The notes under the pieces were generated by a model, which worked only from the letters and a program-made list of their open reading frames with translations, did no database searches and was not told the DNA's origin. A program made the translations under genes and the position numbers. Source: an uncultured Bacilli bacterium (GTDB lineage: Bacteria; Bacillota_I; Bacilli_A; RF39; UBA660). From it: a stretch of DNA of 57,424 nucleotides. Every line of letters starts with the position of its first letter. The stretch's first letter is position 1. The DNA is taken from the NCBI GenBank assembly GCA_947623735.1, contig CANQHE010000003.1, forward strand, positions 1-57,424, read 5' to 3'. Positions 56,104 through 57,424 of this stretch are shown here, in pieces.

Positions 56104-57294
56104 ATGATTATAAGAGAGAAATATTTAGAAGATATTAGACCATTTTATGATAAAGATTTAATTAAAGTTATAACTGGTATTAGAAGAAGTGGTAAATCCA
56201 CACTTTTAGAACAAATAATTGCCGAATTAAAAAAGAAAGTAAACCAAAATCACATCATATATATAAACTTTGAAGATGTAACTTATACAAAATTAAATGA
56301 ATTCCAAAAATTAAACGATTACATTCTAAACCTTTTAAAAGATAAACAAAAATATTATTTATTATTTGATGAAATTCAAAACGTAGCTGGTTGGGAAAAA
56401 ACCATCAATTCTTTAAAAGCTACTCAAAATGTTTCTATATTTATAACTGGTTCTAATAGTGATTTATTATCAGGAGAATTAGCTACATATTTATCTGGAA
56501 GATATGTAAGCTTTAAAATGCAACCATTTACTTTTAAAGAAGTATGTCTTTTAAAAAAACCATCAAATTATGAAGATTTATTTTTAGATTATATTAAATG
56601 GGGTGGAATGCCTCAACGCTTTGAATTTGAAGAAGAAAAACAAATAAGGACCTATTTATCCGACGTGTATGATTCTATTATTATGAAAGATATAATAAGA
56701 AGATTTAAAATAAATGATTTAGATTTATTTAATAGAATAATGGAATATATGATGACCACTCCTGCTCAATCATTTTCAGCGGATAATATTGTAAATTATT
56801 TTAAAAATTATGATAATCGTGTTGTTTCCAAAGAAACTATTTATAACTACTTAGAATATATGTGTCAAGGCTTATTAATTAATAAAGTTGAACGATATGA
56901 TGTAAGAGGAAAAAGAATATTAAATGGTAAATACAAATATTATTTAACTGATTTAGGATTGGGAAGAATAATGAATACTTCTAAAAAAGAACAATTAGGA
57001 GCTTATGTAGAAAACATTGTATATAACGAATTAAAATATCGTGGTTATGATATAAAAATAGGTAATATTGAAAATACTGAAATAGATTTTATTGCTTTAA
57101 AAGATGGTAAAAAAGAATATTATCAAGTATGTTATCAAATAGGTGATAATGAAAAAATAAGTGAAAGAGAATTTGGGGCTTACAAAGAAATAGACGATAA
57201 TTATCCTAAATATGTTTTATCAATGGATAAATTTGATTTATCAGAAAATGGAATAATTCATAAAAATATTATAAACTGGTTATTAGATAAATAA
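56104..57294 (+). CDS. AAA+ ATPase with C-terminal DUF4143 / PD-(D/E)xK-like module (COG1373 family)
   Basis: 396 aa with Walker A GIRRSGKST and Walker B LLFDEIQ. The C-terminal ENTEIDFIALKDGKKEYYQV is typical of this family. Confidence 0.85.
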   Translation: MIIREKYLEDIRPFYDKDLIKVITGIRRSGKSTLLEQIIAELKKKVNQNHIIYINFEDVTYTKLNEFQKLNDYILNLLKDKQKYYLLFDEIQNVAGWEKTINSLKATQNVSIFITGSNSDLLSGELATYLSGRYVSFKMQPFTFKEVCLLKKPSNYEDLFLDYIKWGGMPQRFEFEEEKQIRTYLSDVYDSIIMKDIIRRFKINDLDLFNRIMEYMMTTPAQSFSADNIVNYFKNYDNRVVSKETIYNYLEYMCQGLLINKVERYDVRGKRILNGKYKYYLTDLGLGRIMNTSKKEQLGAYVENIVYNELKYRGYDIKIGNIENTEIDFIALKDGKKEYYQVCYQIGDNEKISEREFGAYKEIDDNYPKYVLSMDKFDLSENGIIHKNIINWLLDK

Positions 57295-57424
57295 AGGAAC
57301 GTTTTTCTATGTTCCTCTTTACTTTCTAAAAAAAAGATAATATAATTAGATAGTGTGAAAAGTTTTATGGAAAACAATTCAGACTAAATGAAAAAGATAT
57401 TAAAATGAAGAATTTTAATATAAA

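Overview
This is a 57.4-kb, very AT-rich chromosomal segment (roughly 70% A+T by eye, not computed). It uses the standard genetic code and most genes lie on the + strand. Gene content and local synteny point to a low-GC, endospore-forming Firmicute of the Bacilli/Erysipelotrichia type; this is inference. The supporting genes are lspA-rluD, a ybxB-like methyltransferase followed by rpoB-rpoC, B. subtilis-type dnaB-dnaI, glyQS behind a T-box leader, parE and parC, and the sporulation genes sigG, ylmC/ymxH, yunB, a cotY/cotZ-like gene, a SpoIID-like gene and a DacB-like gene. I recognised one tRNA-Met(CAU). I found no rRNA, CRISPR array, transposase, integrase or phage structural genes. Observations worth follow-up: (1) An unannotated mini-locus at 9.14-9.45 kb looks like a type I toxin-antitoxin module, with a 22-aa hydrophobic peptide and a convergent terminator-bearing sRNA; an iteron-like AATCTG array sits next to it. 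(2) parE and parC, normally adjacent, are separated by about 8.4 kb of accessory DNA. This DNA holds two divergent orphan tail-anchored proteins (391 and 1052 aa), cadC-cadA, and an overlapping DUF4065/Panacea antitoxin plus 3-TM candidate toxin pair. (3) Two paralogous large secreted proteins (537 and 650 aa) share a conserved C-terminal domain; one has a SipW/TasA-type signal peptide and a divergent RHH regulator. An orphan copy of this gene family's 3' end plus a two-hairpin downstream element sits 19 kb away. (4) The sigG-lipoprotein spacer holds a nested tandem duplication (268-bp and 68-bp periods) built around an 85-bp MITE-like hairpin. (5) The glyQS T-box appears to have a truncated Stem I and a nested terminator. 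(6) The palindrome CCGCGG is strikingly over-represented, always in the codon frame NCC-GCG-GNN. All functional calls rest on motif and family recognition from memory. No database searches were run.
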